From Candidatus Poribacteria bacterium (GTDB taxonomy: Bacteria > Poribacteria > WGA-4E > WGA-3G), in contig OZ240248.1 in NCBI GenBank assembly GCA_965198235.1, positions 3,936,001 to 4,000,000 on the forward strand: DNA of 64,000 nucleotides, written 5' to 3'. The number at the start of each line of letters is the position of its first letter. The first letter of the stretch is position 1. The position numbers and the translations under genes are program-made. Shown here piece by piece: positions 39,869 through 50,335 of this stretch. The notes below the pieces were generated by a model that was not told the DNA's origin, did no database searches, and saw only the letters and a program-made list of their open reading frames with translations.

Positions 39869-41695
39869 TCAAACATACCATTGTGCTTGTGCTTTAAAGA
39901 ACTGGGCATAAAGTCCATCTTTTGCCAATAAGGTTTCATGGTCACCGTCTTCAACGACTGCGCCGTTATCAAGGACGAGAATCCGGTCACAGGTTCGGAC
40001 AGAGGAGAGACGGTGTGAAATTAGCACGGATGTACGTCCGACACTCCGCTCAATAAATCGCTCATAGACCGCTTGTTCGGCTAAGGGGTCTAAGGCAGCA
40101 GTCGGTTCGTCAAGCACGACCAGCCAGGGGGCCTCGCGCATGAAACTCCGGGCAGTTGCGAGACGTTGCCATTCGCCACCGGAGAGATCGCGTCCGCCGA
40201 AGGTGGGACCGAGGATTGTCTCGTACCCCTCTGTGAGTCCGTCAACGACCGAGGCGGCACCACCGGCGATAGAGGCTTCTTCCATACGATCGGGGTGCTC
40301 AAGGTCGCCGAAGATAACGTTCTCACGTGCGGTAAGGTGATACTGCGTGAAGTCTTGGAAGACCGCGCTGCAACGCATCAACCACGCTCGACGGTTTTCA
40401 TCTGTGAGTGGGACATCTCCTATATGGATTATCCCCGTTTGTGGACGGTAGAGCCCTAAAAGTAGACGCGCCAGAGTGGTTTTCCCTGCGCCATTGGGCC
40501 CAACAATTGCAACCCGCTCCCCTTTTCTCAACGTCAGCGTTATGTTATTTAACGTGGGTTCTTGCGTATTTGGGTAGAAAAACGATATATTTTCTATCGC
40601 AATGTCTTGAATTGTGTTATTTCCATCTAATTCATCTGTTTTCCGATAGTGTTTCTCTACTGTGGCTGCATCGCGCCCTAAAAACTGATACAAATCTCCG
40701 GACAAACGGTGCATCTGACTGGCTATCAACTGAAAATATCCCGCCACTTCATTCCAGATGCCGTCCAGTTGGACGAGTGCGGCGGCAGCGGCGATATACG
40801 TGCCGACGGTGAGTCCACCTTGAAAGACCTCAAGTAATAGAAGAATGAGCGAACCGGCGTATAATAATCCACGGACGATGTCAATTGCAAGATGTGCGAA
40901 GAATTTACGGCGTTCAATCCTTTGTTGTCCGTGTATGAGTGTCTGCGATAACTGTTTCCAGCGGTTTATCCATAAGTCCTGAGTTTGGTATAATCGAACT
41001 TCCTTGCCCGTGCCACGATCCGTCAGTATTCCTTCTAATGCATCTCGCTCTCGGCGTTCGGATGTCTGCTCGACATCAAAGTTGTAACTATCTACAGCGA
41101 AACGCGAATCGCTCCACCAAGAGATCATGCCAGTGAATGCGGGCAGCAAAACCAATAATGGATGATAACGCCATAACACGACACCGAGGGTTACAACGCT
41201 GATGAATTGTTGAAGGCTATCAATAAGCCACCAGAGGATATTCTCAAGGTCTAATCCGGAAATCGAACGCGCTCGTTCAAGGGCATTTTGATATTCAGGG
41301 GTCTGGAATTCGATGAGTTCTGTGGTATCAGCTTTTTTAAGGATGCATTCATTCAGCCAGACTTCAATGTTTTCTCTGACACGGATATGGAGCGGTTGGC
41401 TTAACTGATTGGCAAGGGTGATAAAAATGCGTAAGCCAAGCAGCCCTATCAACCACGGAACGACTTGCTGCCACCAGTTCGTATCACCTACAGCATCAGT
41501 GATGGCATTGACGAGGTGTTCGGTTACAAAGAACTCACCGGCGGGGACAATACCGAGCGATAGCGTGAGTAGCATCATCCCCAAAAGCGCGAGTGAACCG
41601 CTTTGCCAAACGACTGCGAAAGTTCGGAGGTAGGCGAATAAAGTTTCTTTGGCAGCTGAAATCCATGTTTTCAATTTTCCTTTAGCATTTGACAT
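39869..41695 (-). CDS. ABC exporter, fused TMD + NBD
   Basis: GPNGAGKT, LSGGEWQ, LDEPT, ISHR; N-terminal multi-TM domain; KEVRLY. Confidence 0.9.
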   Translation of the reverse strand: MSNAKGKLKTWISAAKETLFAYLRTFAVVWQSGSLALLGMMLLTLSLGIVPAGEFFVTEHLVNAITDAVGDTNWWQQVVPWLIGLLGLRIFITLANQLSQPLHIRVRENIEVWLNECILKKADTTELIEFQTPEYQNALERARSISGLDLENILWWLIDSLQQFISVVTLGVVLWRYHPLLVLLPAFTGMISWWSDSRFAVDSYNFDVEQTSERRERDALEGILTDRGTGKEVRLYQTQDLWINRWKQLSQTLIHGQQRIERRKFFAHLAIDIVRGLLYAGSLILLLLEVFQGGLTVGTYIAAAAALVQLDGIWNEVAGYFQLIASQMHRLSGDLYQFLGRDAATVEKHYRKTDELDGNNTIQDIAIENISFFYPNTQEPTLNNITLTLRKGERVAIVGPNGAGKTTLARLLLGLYRPQTGIIHIGDVPLTDENRRAWLMRCSAVFQDFTQYHLTARENVIFGDLEHPDRMEEASIAGGAASVVDGLTEGYETILGPTFGGRDLSGGEWQRLATARSFMREAPWLVVLDEPTAALDPLAEQAVYERFIERSVGRTSVLISHRLSSVRTCDRILVLDNGAVVEDGDHETLLAKDGLYAQFFKAQAQWYV

Positions 41696-41710
41696 CGGAA
41701 ACCTCTCTTT

Positions 41711-43552
41711 TTACTGGTACCAATGTGCCTGTGCTCTGAAAAATTGGGCATAAAGCCCATTTCTGGCGAGCAGTGCCTCATGTGTGCCATCTTCAACAAT
41801 TTTACCGACATCTAGGACCAAGATACGGTCTGCGAGACGTGCGGACCCGATTCGGTGTGAAATCAGGAACGTCATGCGTCCAGCTGCGAGTTCAACAAAA
41901 CGTTGGTAAAGTTCGACTTCAGCCTGCGGGTCTAAGGCGGCAGTCGGTTCGTCAAGTACAAGGATTTGCGGGTTTCGGACCAAAGCCCGTGCGAGCGCGA
42001 CTTTTTGCCATTCGCCGCCGGATAACTCGGCACCTTCCCCTTCCTCACCGAGTGAAGGATCCAGAAACGTCCCTAAACCGCGCGGAAAGGTTTGAAAACG
42101 CTCCTCAAGACCGACTTCATTGATGACGCGCCGAAGTGTATCATCGTCGATGTGAAAGTCCGGGGGACCTGGAACCAATTCTTCCCGCAAAGGTCTGCGA
42201 AATCGCGCGAAATCTTGGAAAACAGCGGCACAGTTAAGTGCTATCTGTTCGGGCGCGATTGCAGCGACACTTTTGCCATCATAGCGCACTATTCCATCAT
42301 CGGGTTGATACAAACCGAGCAACAATTTCATGAGTGTTGACTTGCCCGCACCGTTGACACCGACGATGCTGACGATCTCCCCGGGGCGTACATGCAAGTT
42401 TATGTCTTGTAGCACATCTTCGGTTGCTTCTGGGTATCGGAAGCGTAGATTATGAACCTCTATACCATCTTGTAGACGTTGTGGAAATGTCTCGGTTCCT
42501 GCCTGTGTATGGGTTTTTTCTGCGCGTTCCAGGAAAGAATGTAAGTCGCGAAGCAGCGGTAAATCTTCAAATATGTCTTGAATTTGAGAAAGTATCGCCT
42601 CCAAATTGCCTTGAAAACTTGCTGCAGCACCGGTAAGAACGACATAATCTCCAAGCGTGAGGTTGCCATCAACAATACGGGATGCGAGTATGGCAATTGC
42701 GATGGCATAGGCAAGGATTTCGACGATAGTTGTGCCAATAGTACCTTTTGCCTCTGTCCAAATCTTTGCAAGCGATTCTTCCTTCCATTTCTGGTGATTC
42801 GTTCGCCAGCGTCCGAAAAGATGATCGAAAAGTCCATAGAGTCGAACTTCCTGTCCGGAGGATGAACCGAGCAGCAGACCGAGCATGTAAGCCATCATAC
42901 GACGGATAGGGGTCGCATCGTAATCGTGGATGTACCCACTTTCGGCTGTTTTAACTTTGAGCCAAGCGGAAGGGATTGCGGGTAAGACGACCACAAGCAC
43001 GAGCAGCGGATCAGCGATCCATAGGAGCGCGCCGTAACCGACGAGCGTTATGCAGAGTTGTCCAATCTCTGTTAGGAATCGCAGGAGGTTGGTTAACCGA
43101 TGTCCGAGAGCCTGTCGCGCCCGCTGTATTAAGTCGTATGTTTGTGGCTGATCAAAGACGGCAAAATCGATATGCGTTGCAGCTTCAATCAAGGCATGCT
43201 GTTGATGGAGTCCAATGCGGTTCTGCATTTTCCATCGCAAGTAACTGTCCCAAGTGCTGGCGATGTTTCTGAGTATCGCCAAAAGCACAAGAGCGATCAC
43301 CCAAGGTGCTGCGGTCTGTAGACTCGGCTCTGTTTCGTCTGCAAGAATAGCAGCGATGAGGTTCACCAATCCTCGACTCGCCCAGAGGACACCTATAGGG
43401 ATACACCCATGGACGAGTGTCAGAAACGCCTGTGCGATCGCGCCAAACGGACTAGCGTGCCATGCGACGAAGAAAAAACGGCGCAGCGTTTGTATCACCG
43501 ACGGACGCGATGCTGATTCTGTGTTGGGGGCATGAGAATTATCGGAAGCCAT
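41711..43552 (-). CDS. ABC exporter, fused TMD + NBD (likely heterodimer partner of 39869-41695)
   Basis: GVNGAGKS, LSGGEWQK, LDEPT, ISHR; QEVRLY. Confidence 0.9.
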   Translation of the reverse strand: MASDNSHAPNTESASRPSVIQTLRRFFFVAWHASPFGAIAQAFLTLVHGCIPIGVLWASRGLVNLIAAILADETEPSLQTAAPWVIALVLLAILRNIASTWDSYLRWKMQNRIGLHQQHALIEAATHIDFAVFDQPQTYDLIQRARQALGHRLTNLLRFLTEIGQLCITLVGYGALLWIADPLLVLVVVLPAIPSAWLKVKTAESGYIHDYDATPIRRMMAYMLGLLLGSSSGQEVRLYGLFDHLFGRWRTNHQKWKEESLAKIWTEAKGTIGTTIVEILAYAIAIAILASRIVDGNLTLGDYVVLTGAAASFQGNLEAILSQIQDIFEDLPLLRDLHSFLERAEKTHTQAGTETFPQRLQDGIEVHNLRFRYPEATEDVLQDINLHVRPGEIVSIVGVNGAGKSTLMKLLLGLYQPDDGIVRYDGKSVAAIAPEQIALNCAAVFQDFARFRRPLREELVPGPPDFHIDDDTLRRVINEVGLEERFQTFPRGLGTFLDPSLGEEGEGAELSGGEWQKVALARALVRNPQILVLDEPTAALDPQAEVELYQRFVELAAGRMTFLISHRIGSARLADRILVLDVGKIVEDGTHEALLARNGLYAQFFRAQAHWYQ

Positions 43553-43728
43553 TTACGTTTTTCCTCGTTTTCATCTTCAGGCATTTGTATTATCGGTTTC
43601 CTGTGTTGGAAAAAGTGAAAAATTGATCTCTGGATGTTCCAAAAACTTCTGTGGAAAACGGCTATATATGCGCTAAATGTATAGGGCAACCGAGGCACGA
43701 GACCTCGACTTCTTTCGCGACAGCGACC

Positions 43729-43929
43729 TCAAGTGTGTGCCGCGAAGTTTAAATTTGTGAATGATACCTTACGGTCACCAACCTTGCGGTAAATCAGATT
43801 ATAGATTTTTTGCTGATATTTGCGCACGAGTGGGTTAAACGCCTCCGTATCGCCATTCTGGGCGCGCGCGACAAGTTCCTGCTCATCGAAATGATTGAGT
43901 TCAGTATGTGTTGTTAAAGCACTTCTCAT
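43729..43929 (-). pseudogene. Truncated ECF sigma factor (N-terminus only)
   Basis: AAGGAG RBS; DEQELVARAQNGDTEAFNPLVRKYQQKIYNLIY then unrelated sequence and stop; rest of region 2 and region 4 missing. Confidence 0.72.
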
Positions 43930-43939
43930 ATTTTTCTCC

Positions 43940-45319
43940 TTAAAAAATTGTTTCTCGGAGTTTTTCCTTTGCCTTGGCGTAATCTCGACGTGCCTGATAA
44001 AAGACACGTTGTGCCTCTGTAAATTCTGCTTGTGTTTGAAACGCGTCGTTGTAGGTTAGACTCTGATACCCGGGTATTTCAACCGTGACTTCATCAAGCA
44101 CGCGCTCTATCGTCCGTAGCTGCTGCTCACGGATTCTGACGCGCTTTTCTTCAATTTCCATGCGTTCTTTCGCATTCGCCACGGCACGGTAGTCGCGTCG
44201 CACCTCTACGCGGATTGACTTGGTTATTTCGACGTACGCCAGCTGGAGTCGCTCCAGTTCAGCGATTTCTACGGCGCGAAGATTCTCAGTTTTTTTCCCG
44301 TCGTATAACGGGATATTGAAGTTGAAACGTACTTCCCATCCGTCTCGTGTACGCGGGTTTGTTTCAAAAATGCTTGACGTATCTCGCTCACGGTCGAGTA
44401 TCACCGGATCATAGAGTGCCGTTGCGTCCCAAGTCCGGTTCTGTTGGTGTTGTTCCAACATCAGATGGAGGTCCTTGTAGCGTGCTTCAGCAGAGATATC
44501 GGGGAACCGATTCCAGAGTGTCTCTACGGCGAGACGTTCTTGACGAACGATATCGCCTTGTAGGTCGCGTAAATCAAGATTGTTTGCGAGTGCGAGTTCT
44601 ACGGCAGTTTCCAGTGTCATGTCGTCATCAGAAAGGGGTTGTGAGAGGGCAACTTGTACCAGCGGATCGAGTCCGATGAGACTGATAAGTTCCGCAGTGT
44701 CCACATCAAGCCGTCGTTGAAGTTCGTTGAGCGCAAGCTGCTGTTCGGAGAGTTCAAGTTCCGTATTGAGGCGGCTGAGGAAAGGGATCCGTTTTTCTGC
44801 GTGCTTGATTTGCGTGCCTTTTAATTTTTTATTTAGTTCCACCTCAATCGCGCGACGTTGCTGAATCTCTTCTTGTGTGAGGATGATATTATGCCAGAGA
44901 TTCCGAACGGCGTAAACCCTTTCCTTTTTTGCGCGTTCGTATTCAATCTCTGCCTTACGGACATCCTCCTGCGCAGCATCAAGTCCTTCGGGGATTTCGC
45001 CGAATTGTACGAGAAGCATACTGGCTTGTGCGCGAGTGAGATAGTCTCTTTCATCGATATCGCCGTCTTTTTGGCGTTGATATTCGCCGGTGACACCCAC
45101 TTGTGGTAGGTAAATGGCTTTGGACACACGGAGGTGTGCCTTGGCGCGTTCCACCACTTTTTCCGCCTTTTTCACCACCTCGTTGTTCTGTAGCGCGAGT
45201 TCGATAGCGCGTGCTGGCTGCAGTATGACCAGCCGCTGCGCTGAAATGGTGCTCCCGATAGTAAAAAATAGGCAGACCGCTAATACTTTTGTTAACCTCT
45301 TGTTCACTACAATCTCCAT
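43940..45319 (-). CDS. TolC-family outer-membrane efflux protein
   Basis: Signal peptide; two repeats of the OEP pattern (AIELALQNN..YLPQV; AVELALANN..RFPDI..NIPLYDG). Confidence 0.82.
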   Translation of the reverse strand: MEIVVNKRLTKVLAVCLFFTIGSTISAQRLVILQPARAIELALQNNEVVKKAEKVVERAKAHLRVSKAIYLPQVGVTGEYQRQKDGDIDERDYLTRAQASMLLVQFGEIPEGLDAAQEDVRKAEIEYERAKKERVYAVRNLWHNIILTQEEIQQRRAIEVELNKKLKGTQIKHAEKRIPFLSRLNTELELSEQQLALNELQRRLDVDTAELISLIGLDPLVQVALSQPLSDDDMTLETAVELALANNLDLRDLQGDIVRQERLAVETLWNRFPDISAEARYKDLHLMLEQHQQNRTWDATALYDPVILDRERDTSSIFETNPRTRDGWEVRFNFNIPLYDGKKTENLRAVEIAELERLQLAYVEITKSIRVEVRRDYRAVANAKERMEIEEKRVRIREQQLRTIERVLDEVTVEIPGYQSLTYNDAFQTQAEFTEAQRVFYQARRDYAKAKEKLRETIF

Positions 45320-45326
45320 ATATTGG

Positions 45327-45425
45327 CTATCGGAAACTATCGGAAACCGTCAGCCGTCGATAAGAGATTTTTGTGGCAGGGAAAATGTTCGGAACTGCCA
45401 CAGACCCACTACTGACTACTGACTG
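45327..45425. repeat. Intergenic palindromic/short-tandem repeat element; related copy at 48711-48789
   Basis: CTATCGGAAA x2, TGTGGCAG/CTGCCACA inverted repeat, ACTACTG tandem repeats. Confidence 0.5.
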
Positions 45426-45450
45426 TTCTCACTGCGAAGCAAATCATTCC

Positions 45451-47706
45451 TCAACGTCGGCTAATGCGGATTGTAACGATAACAATCGCAATCATCAAGA
45501 GTATCAACGCACCGAACAGCAGCGTCGTCACCGACATTTGCGTCTGAGACTCAACTTGCACCGTGATGGAACGGTCGCGTGCCTCAAACTTACGGTTATC
45601 CACGGTGACTTCGGCGTTCAACTTTGCTTGATATTCCCCCACTCCGATGTCCGCAGGGGGACTCAACGTCAGTTGGATCTCCTTCTCCTCGTTCCGTGCC
45701 AATGAGCCAATGACTTCGGGGATAACCGTGTATTTCCAATCGGTGTTGACATCGACAAGCATGCGGATGTCAATGAGGTCGCGGGTGCCGATGTTCTTTA
45801 GCGTTGCTGTCATGTTGACCTCTTCACCTATCTTGATTGTCTGGAACGCGTTCGGCACGAATACCTCAATCTCCGGTACACCCTTTGGAATCAGCTCAAA
45901 CCGCTCGACCCCCCCTTGGATACTCGCAATCCTATCGGCAGGTAAATCCAACCGATTGTTGACACCACTGAGTTCATTGGCTTCCGCTTCATCAAGCACA
46001 GCGACGTAGAACTCAAGCGTGCTATCGAGATAGGAGGCATCCAATTCCTCCGGTAGATAGACAATCAACGATAGATTCCGCTTTGATTGTTCTTGTGTAA
46101 ACTTCACCTGAGACTGCCGAGATTTCGTCTCTGGGTCTTGGAATTCAAAGGAGAGGCGGTTCAGGAGGTTAATGACACGCAACTGGAATGTATTTTCTGT
46201 CTCTGCCAATCGATCGAGCGTCAAATCATAGGTGACGCTGCTTCCTAAGTTCCCTTCCTGCGAAAAGCGGAGCGAACTGACATTGACCACATCCAGCGCG
46301 GATTCTTTTTGCAGATAGATAAGTCGCGTTTCGGGTTCAGCAAGTTCGGGATAATCCAGTGATACCTTCAGGCTCTCGACATCTTTCTGGAGTTGAAACG
46401 TCAATTCCACGGTTTCATTGTAACCGAGCACCGGGATTTTCTCTTCATACGGTTTAACGATGTTCGTGTCATCAGTGACATCAAGTAAGGAGACATAGAT
46501 GGAGCGAATCTCGTTTGCTGCTGCAATCTCTTCAGGAGTTGCATCACTCGGCATTGCTTCTGTCGTGGAGGTGTTTTTCAACTGGATCGTCACCATCATT
46601 TGGTTCTCGATGCGAAACTTCTTCGCACTGAGGATAGAGATGTGGCGTGTGTCCTCCTCGAGATGGATTTTATAGGGAATTTCCTGGTCAAGGTATTTCA
46701 GACTGACAATGAGACTGTCAACATTTCGCCGTAGTTCAAAATCGAGGGTTTTCTCCTGTCCGTTTTTCAGTGTTGGAATGCGATGTTCGTAAGGAAAACC
46801 GATGATAGATTCAGTGTCGTCTTTGATAGAGACATAGACGTTGTTGATTTCTTGTGCTGTGTTGGTGTCTATTTCCTCTGTCTCACTCGTGATCGCACCA
46901 TACGTGAGAACGACTTCCAGGTGTCGGCGGTCGCCCTGTTTGTAACGCCTCGCCGATACGACGGAGATATATGGATCCTCCTGTTTGAGGTGGATGTTCT
47001 TTTCGTCCTTCTGACCCGAGTAATTTAACTCTACGACGACATCTCGCACATTCTCTTTTATCAGTTCAAACTCTAATGTGACAGCTTCACCCTCTTTGAG
47101 CGTCTCAATTTGTTGTTCGTAAGGTTCGGTGATAATCGCTCCGCTCCCACCATAACTTTCCTGTTCTTTAATCGAGACGAAGATGTCGTCAATCTGTGCA
47201 CTGATGATAATTTCTCGTCCGAGTACTTTCGAGCTTTCAACGAGTTTCACGGGCGACGAACTGTTCCGCAAGGTGATTGAGAACAACTCCCGACCATCGC
47301 CGGATTCGTAGAGTCTTGTCTTTTCAACGGTGATGTGCCACTCATCTTGTAGGGACTCAAGTTCCACCTGTTGGAGCGTCAATTTTGCCTGTTCATATTC
47401 ATCGACGGCACGTTCGTAGGCTTCCTCTGCTTTATTGACTTCTGAGACAGTGACGATGTTGTTATCTTCCATCATCATTGCCTTGAGGTTTTCGAGTTCA
47501 ACCTGCTTTTTATTCATCAATTTCTCTGCCAATTCCATCTTCAGGCGCTCGACTTCTATCAAGATTTGACGGCTCTGTTCCTCTTTAGTTTTTGGATCGT
47601 TCGCATTGCCGGACTGAGTACCTTCTGCAAAAGCCAGCGGCGTTCCTATAGACAGTAGTATTCCCACCGCGCTAATGAAAATGATTGTAAGTATATTGAT
47701 TCGCAT
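45451..47706 (-). CDS. Exported protein with coiled coil, three internal Ig-like repeats, NEW3/NPCBM-associated-like domain and C-terminal TM anchor
   Basis: Three repeats of I.V..A..Y/F...I..IYVS....PYE..I..L......L.F.L; LKNIGTRDL, PPADIGVGEY; C-terminal hydrophobic helix + RISRR. Confidence 0.72.
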   Translation of the reverse strand: MRINILTIIFISAVGILLSIGTPLAFAEGTQSGNANDPKTKEEQSRQILIEVERLKMELAEKLMNKKQVELENLKAMMMEDNNIVTVSEVNKAEEAYERAVDEYEQAKLTLQQVELESLQDEWHITVEKTRLYESGDGRELFSITLRNSSSPVKLVESSKVLGREIIISAQIDDIFVSIKEQESYGGSGAIITEPYEQQIETLKEGEAVTLEFELIKENVRDVVVELNYSGQKDEKNIHLKQEDPYISVVSARRYKQGDRRHLEVVLTYGAITSETEEIDTNTAQEINNVYVSIKDDTESIIGFPYEHRIPTLKNGQEKTLDFELRRNVDSLIVSLKYLDQEIPYKIHLEEDTRHISILSAKKFRIENQMMVTIQLKNTSTTEAMPSDATPEEIAAANEIRSIYVSLLDVTDDTNIVKPYEEKIPVLGYNETVELTFQLQKDVESLKVSLDYPELAEPETRLIYLQKESALDVVNVSSLRFSQEGNLGSSVTYDLTLDRLAETENTFQLRVINLLNRLSFEFQDPETKSRQSQVKFTQEQSKRNLSLIVYLPEELDASYLDSTLEFYVAVLDEAEANELSGVNNRLDLPADRIASIQGGVERFELIPKGVPEIEVFVPNAFQTIKIGEEVNMTATLKNIGTRDLIDIRMLVDVNTDWKYTVIPEVIGSLARNEEKEIQLTLSPPADIGVGEYQAKLNAEVTVDNRKFEARDRSITVQVESQTQMSVTTLLFGALILLMIAIVIVTIRISRR

Positions 47707-47738
47707 TTTTAATGAATCCTGTCGTCATAATTGGGTAT

Positions 47739-47770
47739 CCGATTCGCCAAACCGCGATTTGGCGAATCGG
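47739..47770. repeat. Perfect 13-bp inverted repeat within the operon
   Basis: CCGATTCGCCAAA-CCGCGA-TTTGGCGAATCGG. Confidence 0.6.
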
Positions 47771-47792
47771 TTGATATTGCGTCACGCCGGTG

Positions 47793-48527
47793 CTATCCAG
47801 TTGCATCTTCCTCGGTTTCATACCCAGCAACGTAATGCAGGTACAACGCCTCAAGGTTTTCTTTTAGAATTTCTTCGCGTGTCAGCTCCCGTTCAAGATT
47901 GCCTTGCACCAGAATCCCGATTCTGTCGGCGATCTCTTTCGCACGGAAGATGTCGTGCGTCGACATGAAGATGGCTTTCCCTTCCTCTTTTAACTCACGG
48001 AGCAGGTTCAGGAAATCGGCACCCCCCTTCGGATCCAAGCCCGAAGTCGGTTCATCGAGCAAGACGGCTTGCGCGTTCTTCATGATCGCAATAGCAATGC
48101 CCAAACGTTGGCGCATGCCTTTGGAGAATGTCTTGACGCGCCGTGTAAAGGCTTCCTGCGGTAAACCGACACGTCCAAGTGTGGCATCGAGTTCAGCGTT
48201 TGATACCTTCTTCCGCCCACCGAGTTTTGCGAAAAAGGAGAGGTTTTGCCGCGCCGTAAAGTTGCGATAGAGTTCGACGTTCTCCGAGACGTAAGCGAGG
48301 TGCTTCTTCGCCTCCAGTGGGAACTTCGGGATCTCAATATCCCCTATCAGCGCGGTGCCACTCGTCGGTTCGATGAAGTTCAGCAGCATGGAGATGGTCG
48401 TGCTTTTCCCGGCACCGTTCGCGCCGAGGACGACATAAATTTCGCCATCGTCCACTTTCATGTTCAATTTGTCAACGGCTAAAACACTTTCATTATAAAC
48501 TTTCGTGAGGTCGCGGGTTTCTAACAT
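47793..48527 (-). CDS. ABC transporter ATP-binding protein
   Basis: GANGAGKS, FSKGMRQR, LLDEPT, STHD. Confidence 0.92.
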   Translation of the reverse strand: MLETRDLTKVYNESVLAVDKLNMKVDDGEIYVVLGANGAGKSTTISMLLNFIEPTSGTALIGDIEIPKFPLEAKKHLAYVSENVELYRNFTARQNLSFFAKLGGRKKVSNAELDATLGRVGLPQEAFTRRVKTFSKGMRQRLGIAIAIMKNAQAVLLDEPTSGLDPKGGADFLNLLRELKEEGKAIFMSTHDIFRAKEIADRIGILVQGNLERELTREEILKENLEALYLHYVAGYETEEDATG

Positions 48528-48862
48528 GGGTTTCTCCTCCGGTTATTTTTTATCCGTACATAATCGTTTGTAAACGCAACTGTAGTAAAATATCCAATTA
48601 CTTGGGCATTGGGGTAGGCGAGGATACAATCCTCGCCAGCGAAGATGTCCGTGGTGTACAAACATCCCTTTATAATTAATGATACGATTTTGAGGAAGAA
48701 TAGGTGCATAATGGTTGTCGGTAGTCGGTTAAAGAGCAGTCTGTGACGGCAAACCGTTTGCAACTGCCAGGCGAGTTACCGATAACCATTTCGGACTGTA
48801 ATGGAACGCGGATCAGAGTTAATCGTTTAAAAAACGCCAGCGGGGGTGAAGCATCCTTTGCA

Positions 48863-50308
48863 TCAAATATCGGAACGGAAGAACTTCAGGAATGCCGCCG
48901 CCGTAAACGCTAAAGCAAAAAAACCGAGTAAGAGCACATCCACTGCAGACCGACGCAATGTGTCCGATAAAGCAGGTTCTGTCAGCGTTGGTGGTGGCGG
49001 AATCTTTTCTGTTTCGGATTCAGAAGAATCATCGTTCATCCGATTCATTACTTGTAGCATCTGTGCCAGTGCGTCGTCTGAAATTCCGCTGAAATACGAA
49101 TCATCGAGTTGATCGTAGTACCGCTCACCCGTTTGAAAGTAGGTGTCTCTTTTCAACGTGCCGGTTTGTGTGAGGTTCATCGCAAAATAGGTGAGTGAGG
49201 ACGTTGGTGCGATCCGGGAAAGGGTCTCGCCAACCTGCTCTTGCCGATCCCTTTCGCGTTGATAGTCCCTATCAATCTTGCCCGCTTGATTCTGGAACTC
49301 CAGTCGAAACTGTTCCTCAATCGGTCCTCTGAGTTTATCCAACCTTTTTTGCGTCTCTGGATCGTTTAGGGAAATATGGGCAGTCCCCCCGCTCTCGAAA
49401 GCTAAAGCCATTTTTTTATTCATCTTGTCTTGCTTATCTTTTGTCAGGTTATTGTGAAGTGCGTTTTTTTCCATGTAAACAGCCTGCTGTGTCCGGGTGG
49501 GTGCGACAAGTTTCGCGACGACAAACGCGCCTCGTGGTACGATCAGCACCGCAAACACCCAGAACGTAAAAGCGACAATCAGCGCGGTCTTGGCGTTGTC
49601 CAGATAGGTGGAAATGACCACACCTATCGCAAAAAACACTGCAATGTAGAGTAATGAGATAACCGTGAGACCCAACACTGGCAGAGCAACCTTGAGCTCA
49701 CCTAAAGGAAATCCCTGCCAGACGATCAGGAGTAACCCCAAGAGGAAGGATACCAAAAATGGAACAACGAACACAAGGTATCCACCGATCAGCTTGCTCC
49801 ACAAAAATACATCTCGGGGAAGGGAGTTTGATAGATTTATCCGAAGCGTGCCTGCCTCTCTTTCCCCAGCAACAGCATCAAACGTAAACAGAAGTGCGAG
49901 CAGACTGAAAACAGTCCCGACAATAAATAGGAAATCAAGGTTCCCGAGTGCATACGCCACGGATGCCTGAGCAATTCCTGCTGAACCTTGCCGAACCCCA
50001 TTACGCGTCATCCCAAGATAGGTCGGCAGTGCCTCCTCTAAACCGTTCGCGAAGACGCTTAAAGGCGTGGGCTTGAGGAAGAGCTTGGAAACCTCCACAT
50101 TTGGATCTTGCGCATTCGGTGGATTCTCCTCCGATTCTGTCCGTGCGCGTTTCACCGACTCTTGATAATCTGTCAAGTTTTGGCTATACCTGCGATAATT
50201 GATGGAAAGGGTGAGTGGGATGAGCAGGGCACACATCAGCAAGAGTGCGACAAATCGGACGCTGAGAATGTGGTGCATAATTTCTTTTTGAATCAATGTC
50301 ATTAACAT
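48863..50308 (-). CDS. ABC-2 type permease with large extracytoplasmic loops
   Basis: LIQKEI, FDAVAGEREAGTLRINLSNSL, SKLIGG, terminal FFRSDI. Confidence 0.85.
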   Translation of the reverse strand: MLMTLIQKEIMHHILSVRFVALLLMCALLIPLTLSINYRRYSQNLTDYQESVKRARTESEENPPNAQDPNVEVSKLFLKPTPLSVFANGLEEALPTYLGMTRNGVRQGSAGIAQASVAYALGNLDFLFIVGTVFSLLALLFTFDAVAGEREAGTLRINLSNSLPRDVFLWSKLIGGYLVFVVPFLVSFLLGLLLIVWQGFPLGELKVALPVLGLTVISLLYIAVFFAIGVVISTYLDNAKTALIVAFTFWVFAVLIVPRGAFVVAKLVAPTRTQQAVYMEKNALHNNLTKDKQDKMNKKMALAFESGGTAHISLNDPETQKRLDKLRGPIEEQFRLEFQNQAGKIDRDYQRERDRQEQVGETLSRIAPTSSLTYFAMNLTQTGTLKRDTYFQTGERYYDQLDDSYFSGISDDALAQMLQVMNRMNDDSSESETEKIPPPPTLTEPALSDTLRRSAVDVLLLGFFALAFTAAAFLKFFRSDI

Positions 50309-50335
50309 GGTAATTGCTCCTCTGTTTTTTAGTTC

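Noticed and set aside
43495-43698. RiPP precursor next to the peptide-exporter-like ABC pair
   Set aside because: No leader/core pattern, overlaps the transporter start, and no modification enzymes nearby
48521-48763. 80-aa ORF between permease and ATPase
   Set aside because: Begins within a palindromic repeat, has no clear RBS and no recognisable motif
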